From contig CAVXUF010000002.1 of assembly GCA_963764975.1 (NCBI GenBank), positions 467,809-531,808 of the forward strand: a stretch of DNA of 64,000 nt, read 5' to 3'. Source of the DNA: an uncultured Chloroflexia bacterium. GTDB lineage: Bacteria; Chloroflexota; Limnocylindria; Limnocylindrales; CSP1-4. The notes beneath the pieces were generated by a model that was not told where the DNA came from, searched no databases, and was given only the letters and a program-made list of their open reading frames with translations. The translations under genes and the position numbers were made by a program. This document shows, piece after piece, positions 36,899 through 46,744 of the stretch. Position 1 is the stretch's first letter; each line of letters starts with the position of its first letter.

Positions 36899-39112
36899 CT
36901 AGAGGTTGTCGGCACCCATGTCAGCCCAACCAGGGGGCCACAGCTCCATGTGATCCTCACCCTGCGGCGCTTGCGCGGCACTCTCGGGCCGACGAGGTGA
37001 GGAAGCCGTGGCCGCCTCCGAGAGCAACTCGTCGAAGCGAGCAGCGAGCTCCAGATCGGGACTCGCTGGAATCTCCCGGATCCCGTCGATCTGATCGAGT
37101 CGGTACTCGCTGATCCGTCCGACCAGGACCAGGTCTCCACGAGACCTGGTCAGACCGACGTAGACCAAGCCGGCCGTCTGCGCCGGCGCCGACCTGAACG
37201 GGAGGATCAGGATCACCCGTCCAGCCTCCCAACCCTTGAAGGAATGGACGGTGGAGACCTTGAGGCGGGCGTCCCCGAATGCGAATGTCTTCTTGTTCGC
37301 CTGCGCGATCCGCCATGGCGCGTCCTGTTCCCGACCCGTCGACCGTTCCATCATCGCCCCAGTGCGGGTGACGGGAAAGACGTGGTTCGTGCTCACACCC
37401 TGCTCGGCGAGGAGCCGGACAAGCGCCTGGCCCAGCGGCTTATCTGGGACCACGATCGCGACGTCGCGCGCTCGATAGTCTGGTTCGGCCTGCCACGATC
37501 GAAGCACGCCAATCACCTCCGCAGCGGCATCGGCCGGCCTGTGCGCCCTGATCGTCGAGACGGTGGCATCTGGAGGCAGGAGTCCATCCTCAGCCGCTTG
37601 AAGCGGAGGCGTCTTCAGAGACCACTCAGCGGCGAAAGTGGTGGCAAGAAGGACACTTGATGCCGGCAGCCTGATGGCCTTGCCGAGCCGATGGACGCGG
37701 CCCGTCGTTCCTCCAAACAGCCGGGCAATATCGCCGCGCGTCATGGCCGACTCACGCTCATACAGGCGCTGGGCCGCGTCGTATGCCAGGACGACCTCAG
37801 AAGCCCCAAGACGCTGGACTAGCTCGAACCAGGCGGGACTGAAATCCTGCGCCTCATCGATGAACACGGCGTCAAACTGGAGCGTATCGGGTACTCCACG
37901 CTGTTCGAGAAGGCGGATCGCAGACGCCGGCCAGTCAGCTTCGAGCGCCTGTTGATCGGCCGCCTCGTCGTCCCACGGTCCCGCCTCGACGGGGCGCGTG
38001 GCTCCGATCGGTGGAAGTGGCTCGCGGTAGTAGTCGTGGACGCGGCGGCACAGTTCGTGGAGGTGCAGGACGGTTACACGGTCTGGCCGGTACGCGACAG
38101 GGACGAGCCGGAGCATCCCTCGCACGTAGTTGGTCAACGTCCTGTTGAAGGTCAGAATCAGGGACCTCCTCCCACGCTGGGCCGACACGCCGGCCCGCTG
38201 TGCGAGGACAAGGGTTTTACCGCTGCCTGCCACGCCTTCGAGGCCCGTGTAGCCGTCACGAGGAACGGCGAAGTCCCGCTGCTCCTTGTTGAGGGTGATG
38301 GTCGCAAGCGCATCGGGCATTCGGCGTTCGTGGGTCAGCGCTTGGTCGAGGGCCTCGAACCACTGGTCCTCAAGAACCGCGGCTCGACCCAGGATCGGCA
38401 CCACGCGCAGTGGGTCGCTCACGACGAGGCCGTCGTGTCCGAATGCATCGACGTGGCGCGCGTCTGGATCCTGGGATGCCAGGCGTCGGGCATCGGCCGT
38501 CGATGACTGGGAAAAGAACAGACCCGCCCTCAGGACCCCGAATCGCCGCGAGTCGTCGTTGATCGCCTCGCCGATCTCCGGAGCGTAGACGCCATACACG
38601 CGCGAGCGGACGGCATTGAGGAACCTGAACGGCGAAGCGAAGCGCCCTTCGATCGGGCCCTCGCCAACCCAGACCCCTCGTTCGACCCGGAAATACTTCA
38701 GGTCCCAGTCGACGACATCCCAGAACATGCCGCCCGCGGTGCGGTGCAGCGCGGCGATCAGCGGGCGGTCCGCATCCAGGTGTGGGCGGACGTAGATGTT
38801 CCAATCGTGGGGAAGGACGTCATCAAGAAACCGGGCCAGACGACGTTCGCCGTCCGTCAACGGAGGGATGAACCTGTCGGGATCATTGATCTCCGCCCAT
38901 GCCGGACTGATCCGACCTTCATCCGCGGCGGTCAGGCGACGGAGCCCTGGATGGTGCTCCAGAAAATCACGGGTCTCGCCGTCGTCGAAGCGAGCCGAGA
39001 TGATCCCGGACCGGACAGCCAGAACCGTCGCATTGCCCAATTGCGGATGCCGGACACGCTCGCCGGGGCCGAGCGGGGTCCGTTCGTCAGGTCCTTCGCC
39101 CGCGAGCGTCAT
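36899..39112 (-). CDS. NERD domain + UvrD-like superfamily I helicase
   Basis: The N-terminal NERD-like region has HDWNIYVRPHLD. The helicase has motif I GVAGSGKT, motif II FIDEAQDF, and the C-terminal VHSFKGWEAGRVILILP. Confidence 0.7.
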   Translation of the reverse strand: MTLAGEGPDERTPLGPGERVRHPQLGNATVLAVRSGIISARFDDGETRDFLEHHPGLRRLTAADEGRISPAWAEINDPDRFIPPLTDGERRLARFLDDVLPHDWNIYVRPHLDADRPLIAALHRTAGGMFWDVVDWDLKYFRVERGVWVGEGPIEGRFASPFRFLNAVRSRVYGVYAPEIGEAINDDSRRFGVLRAGLFFSQSSTADARRLASQDPDARHVDAFGHDGLVVSDPLRVVPILGRAAVLEDQWFEALDQALTHERRMPDALATITLNKEQRDFAVPRDGYTGLEGVAGSGKTLVLAQRAGVSAQRGRRSLILTFNRTLTNYVRGMLRLVPVAYRPDRVTVLHLHELCRRVHDYYREPLPPIGATRPVEAGPWDDEAADQQALEADWPASAIRLLEQRGVPDTLQFDAVFIDEAQDFSPAWFELVQRLGASEVVLAYDAAQRLYERESAMTRGDIARLFGGTTGRVHRLGKAIRLPASSVLLATTFAAEWSLKTPPLQAAEDGLLPPDATVSTIRAHRPADAAAEVIGVLRSWQAEPDYRARDVAIVVPDKPLGQALVRLLAEQGVSTNHVFPVTRTGAMMERSTGREQDAPWRIAQANKKTFAFGDARLKVSTVHSFKGWEAGRVILILPFRSAPAQTAGLVYVGLTRSRGDLVLVGRISEYRLDQIDGIREIPASPDLELAARFDELLSEAATASSPRRPESAAQAPQGEDHMELWPPGWADMGADNL

Positions 39113-39308
39113 GTGGAGAGCCTACGGGACCCCCGTCGCAGCGACTCAACCAATGCACGACCAGGTCCACGGCCTGACTCATCCGGGCTCCGCGCAGTCG
39201 AGAGCCCTACAGCCGCCAAGGACCGCGTGCTCGGTGTCGAAAGATGACTTGACGCCAACCGCAACCCGCCCATGACTAGGGTCCACTCACCACATCGAGG
39301 ACAGACCC

Positions 39309-39551
39309 ATGGGCAAGCGAGTCAAATGCGTTCTCCTGGCCACCTACACGAACGACAGCGGCGACCGGATGGAATGGGTACTGCCCGAAGTGTCGACGCC
39401 CGAAGTCGAGGTCATCGGGGCGTTCCTTCGCCACGCCTATCCAGGAGGTGGAGCGCTCGTGTCCGTCGTTCCCATCGAAGCGCTGAGCGACTTCACGGGT
39501 GGTTTCGATGGCGAGTTCGAGGCATTCCTAGCCCGCGCCTGGACGCGATAG
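39309..39551 (+). CDS. small hypothetical protein; its 3-prime end lies in direct repeat A
   Basis: 80 aa. The C-terminal coding part (...VVPIEALSDFTGGFDGEFEAF) recurs in frame at 58.83 kb. Confidence 0.35.
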   Translation: MGKRVKCVLLATYTNDSGDRMEWVLPEVSTPEVEVIGAFLRHAYPGGGALVSVVPIEALSDFTGGFDGEFEAFLARAWTR

Positions 39552-39594
39552 CGGGCCGCGATGCGCGCGATAGGCGGCAGTCAGGACATCGGTC
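39463..39594. repeat. direct repeat copy A (about 50-bp block + 21-bp block), homologous to 58828..58913
   Basis: The block ccgtcgt..atcga.gcgctgagcgacttcacgg(g)tggtttcgatggc and the block gcggca.tcaggacatcggtc each differ from copy B at a few positions only. Confidence 0.7.
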
Positions 39595-39710
39595 GATTTG
39601 TTGCCCTGAGGAATGGCCGCACTTCGATCGCTTCGACTGAGGCTTCTGGGCGATACTGAATGACTCGGTGGACGTCATAGGTCGACGCGCCGTCAAGTCG
39701 TCGTGCGCAG

Positions 39711-42700
39711 ATGCTGGCGGTCCCTTCGCATGAGGGGCCTCGATTTGGTCGCATTGGAGCGAACATGCGCGAGGGAACGAACGTGCGAGCGGCCTCCGGC
39801 TGGCCAGATCCGGGGCGAGAGGCCCTGACAATCCTCCGGGACCAGCTGGCGCCATTCGCGGAGGAGCATCTCTCGAGAGCCTACCCAGACTCGTATCGTC
39901 GAATCCTCGGGCTGGAGCGGCGTCCGGGAGCAACCATTGGGCAGGGTGGCCGCAAGGCCGTCGACGACCCCGACGAGCTCCTTGGCATCTTGTTGAACCA
40001 GCAGTACTGGTCCCGAGCTTTTGAGCCTGCGTTCGGTGGCGATACGAATGCCGCCTACCGGGTCAAGAACCTGTGCCGCGACATCCGCGAACTCCGAGCC
40101 GCGTTCGCGATGCACCAGCGCGATTTCACCCCCGCCGATGCGTGGCGGCTCGTGGATTCGACGATGAGGCTTCTCACCCTGCTTGACCTCCTCGATCAGA
40201 AGACCAAGGACTCGTTGGAGGAGATCCGACGAGAACTTCTGACGGCCAGCGAGAGCCCGGACACGGTTCGGCTGCGCCAGAAGCACCTTGCGCACGTCGC
40301 ATCGCGATTTGAATACGTCGATGTGGGGGCTATTGCGCCTTCGGTAGGTGGCGCTGTTGTACGTCTCAGGCTGGATGAAATCTACCGCTCCCCGCGGTTC
40401 GAGGCCATCAGCGTATCGATGGCACCCGTAGAGAGCGATGACACGGTTGTGGCACAGCCAGCTGGCACCCGGCCCCCGGAGACCGTTGGGCCAGCGGAAA
40501 TCCTCGGCGAGCGGCGCTTGTTGATCGTCGCCGGACCCGGCGCCGGCAAGAGCACGTTCATGCGATCCGTCGCTCGGGACCTCGCCCTTGGCCGAGACGT
40601 GCCGGGGATCGCCGCTGCACTCACGCCGATCCTGGTGGCCGCCAGTGCACTTGGAGAGGCGTTGGCCAATGGATCCGCGTCGTCGCTCGAGGACTACATC
40701 GAGACCCAACTCGCAGGCGATGCGGGACCTGCCCTGGGATCCGACATCCGCGCTGGTCGAGCGATGGTTCTGGTGGACGGTGTCGACGAGGTCGGTGCCC
40801 AGGGGGCTCAAATCAGAGTGGCCCAAGCTCTCGAACACTTCGGGGCGGCGCACCCCAGCGTCCGCATGGTTGTGTCCGCACGACCCATGGGCTACCGCGA
40901 AGTACGCCTTGGCGCAGACTTCACCGCATATCGGCTTTCGCCGCTCGGCTCGGGCGAGATCGAGGCGTTCATCGGCGGCTGGTTCGGGGCCGCCTTCCCG
41001 CAAGACGAGGCGGAGGCCAATCGGCGACGCAGCCTCGGCGTGAACGCGCTGATTTCCTCCTCAGCCGAGTTGCGCGACCTCGCGGGCACCCCCCTGTTGC
41101 TCACCGTGATCTGCCTGCTCGCGATGCGGGGAGGCACACTTCCTGAGCGCCGGGTGGAGCTCTTCAGGGTGGCAACGAACACCCTCCTGCATCAATGGCC
41201 AAGGACCCACGGATTCAATCTCGACGATTACGAGTTGCGGCTGCTCATGGGCAGGGTCGCCGCGAGAATTCTCGAGCGCCGTGAGCGCCTACTCCGGGCA
41301 TCGGAGCTCGAGGGGTTGCTCGAGAACGCGCTTGAGGACTTGCGCGGACTCGCCCGGCCCCAGGCCAGACAAGCGGCAGCAAGCATGTTGCGAATGATCG
41401 AGCAGCAGACCGGCTTCCTTGTCGAGCAAGGCGTCGACGCGGGTGAGCCGGTCTACGGATTCATCCATCGGAACTTCGCCGAATACCTGGCGGCGATTGA
41501 CCTGTTCGAGCGGCACGCCGCAGGCACGATCACCCTCAGCGACATCGTCTTCGATCCCCGCTATGGGGAGGCGATCCCCCTCTTCTTCCTACACGTGAGC
41601 GAGACCGGACTGGAGCTGTCATCCAGGCTCGTCGATGAAGTGCTGTCGCTTGACTCCCCGTTTCGAATCTATGCGTGCTTGGGCGAGCGTCTTGTCGTAG
41701 ACCTGTTGACCCAGGGCGTGCGCGTCAAGCCGATGGTGCGTGAGCGTGCTGTTCTGCTGGCAATTGAGGCGGCGATCTCTGTGAAGTCGTCGTATGTCGC
41801 GGACATGCTGATGACGGGACTCCACCGGCTGGCCACCGAAGACCGGCTCGGCCCCCAAGGCGACCTCCTGATGGAACGTATCGACGCGGCCCCATTCTCG
41901 CGAGGGAGACGGGCGCGGGTCGTATGGAAACTGCGGCCCGAGCCGTACACGGGCCCCGACGTGAGGTGGCTTCTCGACGAGGCGCGCGCCATCGCGGATG
42001 TCGAACCTGGCGAGGCGAACATGCTCCTGAAGCTCGCCTCAGCGGCCACCGGGTCGGAGGCTGCGGAGGTCGACGCTGCCCTGGATCGCCCCGCGGGAAC
42101 GCGGGCGGTGCTTCTCGCTTTTGCAACCGGCCCCGCCGCCACCGACCGGATTCCCATTACCGAGTCCCAGGCAGTTGGACTCGCCGACGCGGGGTTACTG
42201 CGATTATCGGCCGGGGACCTCGTCGCTCATCACGGCGTCCCACCTGGTTTTGATGCGGGGCCGTTCCTTCTGGACGTCGCGGATGTCGACCTCATTGACG
42301 TCGAAGGACTCTTGACACTCAACCAAGAGGGGCTCCCAATGTGGGTAGTCCTCCTGATCTCCGGACTGCGGTCATGGAGTCCGGCCGAGTCAGATGAAGC
42401 CGCAGCACGCTTCGTTCAGCTTCCTGAGCCGGCCGAAGACGCAACCGGATTCGCGCCCACCGTGCTGCTCGCGATCGTGGCCGCCGGGCGCATCGCCCAA
42501 CTGAGCGAGGCGGCGGAGATGCCGGACTGGCTACGGCGGGCGATCGATGCGGAGAATGCGGACGACGGCCTCGACATCGCGCTGGCTTTCCACTTTGTCG
42601 CCACGGCCGTGTCCACGGTCACGTCATGGGGCACTCCCCTGTTGGTGGGACTCCTAACGCATCGCGAGGGCTCCATCCGGAGGGGCGTGTGCCGGCGCAT

Positions 42701-43511
42701 CGGAGAGCGACAAGCCGAGGAAGCGTGGGCTAGCGGTCAGCATTTCCAGCTCGACGAGGATGTCCTGGTCGCGCTGGAGCTGCTCCGGGACGACCCAGAT
42801 CCCGAGGTCAGGAGCGAGGCTTGGCGCACCGCAGCCGTTCTTGGCACGATCCCGACCAAACTCGTGTCCGCGCTCGGCACGGGAGGTGCGACCGTGGAGC
42901 CCAAGGAACCAGTCACACTGCCCGTCTTCGCGGCCCTTGTCTGGTCGCTCATGGCGTCGGCCGCGCATTCGAAGCACGTAGCCGATGGGCACCTACTCGC
43001 GGGGCAGCTCGGTCAGCTGCTCGACTGGCGCGTAAAACCAGTTCCGACGCCCGACGACCTGTGGCGCTTCTGGCCTGGGGCGATCGAACACCATCGACTG
43101 CCGACTGAGGTCCGGGATTCCGCATGGTCCCGAACCGACAGTGCTGATCCCGCGACCAGAGCTTGGGCAGCGGCGTCGTGGGCAACCTGCCTTCGCGGCT
43201 CCGACGGAAGAAACCAAGTCGAGATCCTTCTCAGTGACACTGACCCGTCTGTGAGCCTGGCGGGACTCGTAGGCATGCAGTCGCCCGACATCGGTGATGC
43301 CCTATGGATCCCAGCAGCTGTTGAGCCTCTGCTTCGGGCCGACATCGACATATGGGAGTTCATCATCGGGCCCGCCGGGATTGACATGTCTCCGGAGTAC
43401 CACCGTGAGCTCGGCCGAACGCTTTTGCGCGCATTGGACACTGCGGCAACGACCGAGAACAACTTCGATCTGCTTTGGTCATTTGCGATCGAGTCCTACT
43501 CCAGCCCTTAG
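39711..43511 (+). CDS. STAND-class (NACHT-like) NTPase with N-terminal helical domain and C-terminal HEAT/ARM-like repeats
   Basis: Walker A LLIVAGPGAGKSTF and Walker B MVLVDGVDEV, followed by about 800 aa of helical repeats including DPDPEVRSEAWRTAAVLG (HEAT-like). The N-terminal about 270 aa are uncharacterised (R-x4-H at RLRQKH). An alternative start at ATG 39765 is possible. Confidence 0.65.
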   Translation: MLAVPSHEGPRFGRIGANMREGTNVRAASGWPDPGREALTILRDQLAPFAEEHLSRAYPDSYRRILGLERRPGATIGQGGRKAVDDPDELLGILLNQQYWSRAFEPAFGGDTNAAYRVKNLCRDIRELRAAFAMHQRDFTPADAWRLVDSTMRLLTLLDLLDQKTKDSLEEIRRELLTASESPDTVRLRQKHLAHVASRFEYVDVGAIAPSVGGAVVRLRLDEIYRSPRFEAISVSMAPVESDDTVVAQPAGTRPPETVGPAEILGERRLLIVAGPGAGKSTFMRSVARDLALGRDVPGIAAALTPILVAASALGEALANGSASSLEDYIETQLAGDAGPALGSDIRAGRAMVLVDGVDEVGAQGAQIRVAQALEHFGAAHPSVRMVVSARPMGYREVRLGADFTAYRLSPLGSGEIEAFIGGWFGAAFPQDEAEANRRRSLGVNALISSSAELRDLAGTPLLLTVICLLAMRGGTLPERRVELFRVATNTLLHQWPRTHGFNLDDYELRLLMGRVAARILERRERLLRASELEGLLENALEDLRGLARPQARQAAASMLRMIEQQTGFLVEQGVDAGEPVYGFIHRNFAEYLAAIDLFERHAAGTITLSDIVFDPRYGEAIPLFFLHVSETGLELSSRLVDEVLSLDSPFRIYACLGERLVVDLLTQGVRVKPMVRERAVLLAIEAAISVKSSYVADMLMTGLHRLATEDRLGPQGDLLMERIDAAPFSRGRRARVVWKLRPEPYTGPDVRWLLDEARAIADVEPGEANMLLKLASAATGSEAAEVDAALDRPAGTRAVLLAFATGPAATDRIPITESQAVGLADAGLLRLSAGDLVAHHGVPPGFDAGPFLLDVADVDLIDVEGLLTLNQEGLPMWVVLLISGLRSWSPAESDEAAARFVQLPEPAEDATGFAPTVLLAIVAAGRIAQLSEAAEMPDWLRRAIDAENADDGLDIALAFHFVATAVSTVTSWGTPLLVGLLTHREGSIRRGVCRRIGERQAEEAWASGQHFQLDEDVLVALELLRDDPDPEVRSEAWRTAAVLGTIPTKLVSALGTGGATVEPKEPVTLPVFAALVWSLMASAAHSKHVADGHLLAGQLGQLLDWRVKPVPTPDDLWRFWPGAIEHHRLPTEVRDSAWSRTDSADPATRAWAAASWATCLRGSDGRNQVEILLSDTDPSVSLAGLVGMQSPDIGDALWIPAAVEPLLRADIDIWEFIIGPAGIDMSPEYHRELGRTLLRALDTAATTENNFDLLWSFAIESYSSP

Positions 43512-43600
43512 GTCCTGCGCGGCCCGAGGATGGTCGTTCCCGGATTGGGAGTCGCATCGTGGCGGCGCCCATCTCGGCGGGCGCGCGGAGTTGCCGGGGA

Positions 43601-44908
43601 CTAGCCGAGAATCTCGCCGTCGGCCCTGCCGAAGCTCACCCGCGTCCCGGCCGCCAGCTGGAGGGCCTTACCCGGCTCGACCTCCCGTTGGACCCCGGCA
43701 GTTGAACTCGTCCATGCCTGCTGGGTGAGGTTCCGTAGGCCCCACCTAGAGGGGTCCGACGGGTGGCGGGTGACCTCCGCGACCGGGTTGCGGTAGTCGA
43801 GCCCCGCGGTCTCGTCCAAGTGGTGCGCGTAGAGCTGTGCATCGTGGTTGAGGACGACCAGAGACTTCCCGACCCGGATCCGCATGGGGAGCACTAGCGG
43901 CCGCGCACACTTCCAGCATGACCCCGGCGAGCCGTCCTGCCGGCTCGGGTCGTAGAAGTTCTCGGCGCCGCACGAGCAATAGACGATCGAATCACGGAGT
44001 CGCGCCATCGCCGCGCGCCAAACCGACTCGCGGACCCTGCCGTGGGCGAAGTCCCTCAGCCCGACGGTGAAGGACTGCGTGAACAGGTCGCGCAGGAATG
44101 CCGGGTAGATCGGCCAGAAGGCGATCGCGTTGTCCTGGTACCCGGCCACCGGCTCGTTCGAGGCGTCCTGCGGGTCGAAGATGAACAGCGGGTCCGTGCC
44201 GTACAGGCGAGTCATGGCGGGGAGGTCGAAACAGTGGATGCTCGCCTCCCGGCGGCCCTCAAGCGGGTGGTGGTTGACCAGGAGCAGGAACAGCAGAACA
44301 GCGAGTGAGAATAGGTCCGTCTGGGTCGACGGCAGGGCTTCGCCGCGCACAACCTCGGGGGCCATGAAGCGCGGCGTGCCCAGGACGCCGCCCTTGGCTT
44401 GGTCCAGGCCGACATTGTCGTTGTCGCAGATGAGGACGTCGCCCGTGGCCGGGTCAAAGAAGACGTTCCCATGGGAAATGTCGCGGTAGCAGAGCCCGCG
44501 CGCATGCAGCTGGTAGAAACCGTCGGCGAGAAAGGCTCCAGCCGTGGCGAGGCTGCGGAATGATGGCGACACGCGTCGACTCAGCAGGTCGGGAATGCCC
44601 TTGTAATTGGGCGGGCGAAGGGCCATCAGGTACCCGAAACTCGGGTTCCCCGGAATGGTGGCGAGAGCCACGGGCCACAGGAAGCGCTCGGCTGGGGAGC
44701 CGGCATCAACGAGTGTCTTCAATGCGGCTCGCTGGTCAGCCGTCGCCGTCTGGGCGTAGTACCACTTTAGGGCGAACTTGGATCCACCCAGAGATACCTC
44801 ATAGACCTCCCCCTGGCCTCCGGCGCCCAAAAGGCGCTCCACGCGTCCGGCAGGTCCACCCGGAGAAGCCCGGAACTCCTCGCCCTTGCCGAGAACGCTC
44901 GAAGCCAT
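43601..44908 (-). CDS. Ser/Thr protein kinase with C-terminal FHA-like domain
   Basis: Gly-loop LGAGGQGEVYEV, VAIK-like FALKW, catalytic YRDISHGNVF and DNDNVG (DFG-like). The C-terminal ...VLNHDAQLYAHHLD...ALQLAAGTRVSFGRADGEI resembles an FHA core. The start is set at ATG 44908. Confidence 0.6.
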   Translation of the reverse strand: MASSVLGKGEEFRASPGGPAGRVERLLGAGGQGEVYEVSLGGSKFALKWYYAQTATADQRAALKTLVDAGSPAERFLWPVALATIPGNPSFGYLMALRPPNYKGIPDLLSRRVSPSFRSLATAGAFLADGFYQLHARGLCYRDISHGNVFFDPATGDVLICDNDNVGLDQAKGGVLGTPRFMAPEVVRGEALPSTQTDLFSLAVLLFLLLVNHHPLEGRREASIHCFDLPAMTRLYGTDPLFIFDPQDASNEPVAGYQDNAIAFWPIYPAFLRDLFTQSFTVGLRDFAHGRVRESVWRAAMARLRDSIVYCSCGAENFYDPSRQDGSPGSCWKCARPLVLPMRIRVGKSLVVLNHDAQLYAHHLDETAGLDYRNPVAEVTRHPSDPSRWGLRNLTQQAWTSSTAGVQREVEPGKALQLAAGTRVSFGRADGEILG

Positions 44909-44980
44909 TACATCCTCCCTCGGGCGCCTGCCACGTGCGCCGGAACGGCCAACGCGGAAGGATCTACCACGACCCAATCG

Positions 44981-45898
44981 TCACAGCGATCGAGCCTCCG
45001 CCTCCTCGGCGGATTGTCGAGTCACCGGCGGCGCGGGGGACCACAATAGTCCCAACGAAATGTCATCACCGCTTCCTGAAGCGGTGAGTTCCTCGAGCCA
45101 GCCGGGCACGCGCGAAACAACTTCGTCGAAACCGTCCTGCTGGATCAGGCTGGCGATGTCGGTTGCGAACCGAAGCATGCCTGTGTCGTCGACAAATGAG
45201 TTGACGAGTCCATCGGTTGACAGGAGGACGAGGGGCATGTGCTCGCGAAGGAGAGCCACCCGGAACAGACTCCAAGCGTCTTTCGAGCAGAGCGATGTGG
45301 TCTCGTTTGCGATGAGTCGGTCATCAGAAGGGATCGGTCTCGAGACCTTCCCGTCTGCTGAGACGCTTACAAGGTCCCCGTCGCCGACCTGCCAGGAGGC
45401 AAGAAACTCGGTTGTCGCGACTGCTGTCACAAGGGTCGTGCCATAGGCCACGTATGGATCGAGGTTTAGCGCATCAACGCTCCCTTCGCGGGTGCGCACT
45501 CCATCAAGCTCGACATCTGTGAATGGATTCGCCGCCAGATCGTCGTCTACCGCCTTTCGCCAGTCGCGGACCAACCGCCTTGGCAGGTCTTCGGTCAACC
45601 TTCCCCGGAGCATCCCTGGGCTGGCCGCCGCGATATCAATCTCGAGCAACTCGCCCGCCAGTGACATTGCGACCTGGTTGGCGAGGCGGGAGCCGTCTGC
45701 GCTACGGAATGACCGGGCGCTGCCGTGGCCGTCCGCCACGGAGAGCGCTACTGAGGAGCCATGCCCCACGCTAGGTAGCCATGCGATGGCATCCTGGTTC
45801 GGCATCCCACTCCGAATGTGAGATGCGCCCCTTACTGAAGCGCCCGATACACGCCAGCCACCACTATTCGGAGCTGCCCTCTCCGTCGGGCTGGCCAT
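44981..45898 (-). CDS. PP2C-family Ser/Thr phosphatase
   Basis: GASVRGASHIRSGMPNQDA..., VADGHGS, and the conserved Asp-rich C-terminal motifs (LSTDGL). The start is set at ATG 45898. Confidence 0.65.
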   Translation of the reverse strand: MASPTERAAPNSGGWRVSGASVRGASHIRSGMPNQDAIAWLPSVGHGSSVALSVADGHGSARSFRSADGSRLANQVAMSLAGELLEIDIAAASPGMLRGRLTEDLPRRLVRDWRKAVDDDLAANPFTDVELDGVRTREGSVDALNLDPYVAYGTTLVTAVATTEFLASWQVGDGDLVSVSADGKVSRPIPSDDRLIANETTSLCSKDAWSLFRVALLREHMPLVLLSTDGLVNSFVDDTGMLRFATDIASLIQQDGFDEVVSRVPGWLEELTASGSGDDISLGLLWSPAPPVTRQSAEEAEARSL

Positions 45899-45902
45899 CC
45901 GA

Positions 45903-46607
45903 TTACCAGACGAAGTCGACGTCTGTGGAGTCATCCGGGGCGACGGGTATTGGGACGTTGCCGCCAACTTGCGCGTCGTCTACGGCGCGGCTGGCAGGCG
46001 AGGATGCCGCCTTGAGCACGGCCGTCGAAGCCCACTTGATGTAAGTCACGAGGGCGGGCGCGTTCTTCGCCAGAAGGGGCTTCAGTTCCCCCGTGCCGAT
46101 GAACTTCGACAAGACGTCCAGATCAGCATCGCCCCCAACGGCGATCCCGATTCGAACGGCTCGCTTGCCCCAAGGCTCAGACATGAGCCGCTGGAGTCCC
46201 CCGCCGAAGTCGTCGGTCGGCTGCCCGTCGCTGATCAGCACGAGGACCGGCGGGAGAGATCTGTCGGGCATCGGTGGGGTCTGGAGTTGCTCAGCAACGA
46301 GTTCCATGGCGTGACCCATGTCCGTGACTCCCCCCGCAGTCACGTTGGTCCACTTGAAGTCCTCGATCGAAATGGGCGTTGCGACATGCCACCTCGCGCC
46401 ATCCGAGAAGGTCACGACCCGCACCAGGACCTCCGCATTGGGGTTCTCCCGGGCTGTGTCCAGCATCGCCGGGATCGCCTCGTGGATCGCGAAGTTGAGC
46501 ATGCCGATCTTCTCGCCATCCATGGAACCTGATGTGTCGAGAATCCAGATGAAGTGCAAGGGCCGAGTTGCAATCGGCCCTCCGGGCAAAGCGCTCATGA
46601 CGCGCAT
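45903..46607 (-). CDS. von Willebrand factor A (vWA) domain protein
   Basis: MIDAS motif FIWILDTSGSMDG...T...D. Confidence 0.75.
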   Translation of the reverse strand: MRVMSALPGGPIATRPLHFIWILDTSGSMDGEKIGMLNFAIHEAIPAMLDTARENPNAEVLVRVVTFSDGARWHVATPISIEDFKWTNVTAGGVTDMGHAMELVAEQLQTPPMPDRSLPPVLVLISDGQPTDDFGGGLQRLMSEPWGKRAVRIGIAVGGDADLDVLSKFIGTGELKPLLAKNAPALVTYIKWASTAVLKAASSPASRAVDDAQVGGNVPIPVAPDDSTDVDFVW

Positions 46608-46744
46608 CCTACAGCGTGCTCACCTGTGAAGTTACACGAATCTCTTATCGCGGCCGCCATTTCTCTGTCTCGGTGGAGTAATGTCGAAGCAACCGTCGGA
46701 CGCTCGTCGCCGACCGTGCGCAGTGAGGGGAAATTGGTGGCTGC
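46608..46744. promoter_or_regulatory. divergent intergenic region between the vWA operon (-) and the 46745 gene (+), lower GC
   Basis: 137-bp AT-richer spacer between divergently transcribed genes. No specific -35/-10 boxes assigned. Confidence 0.3.
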
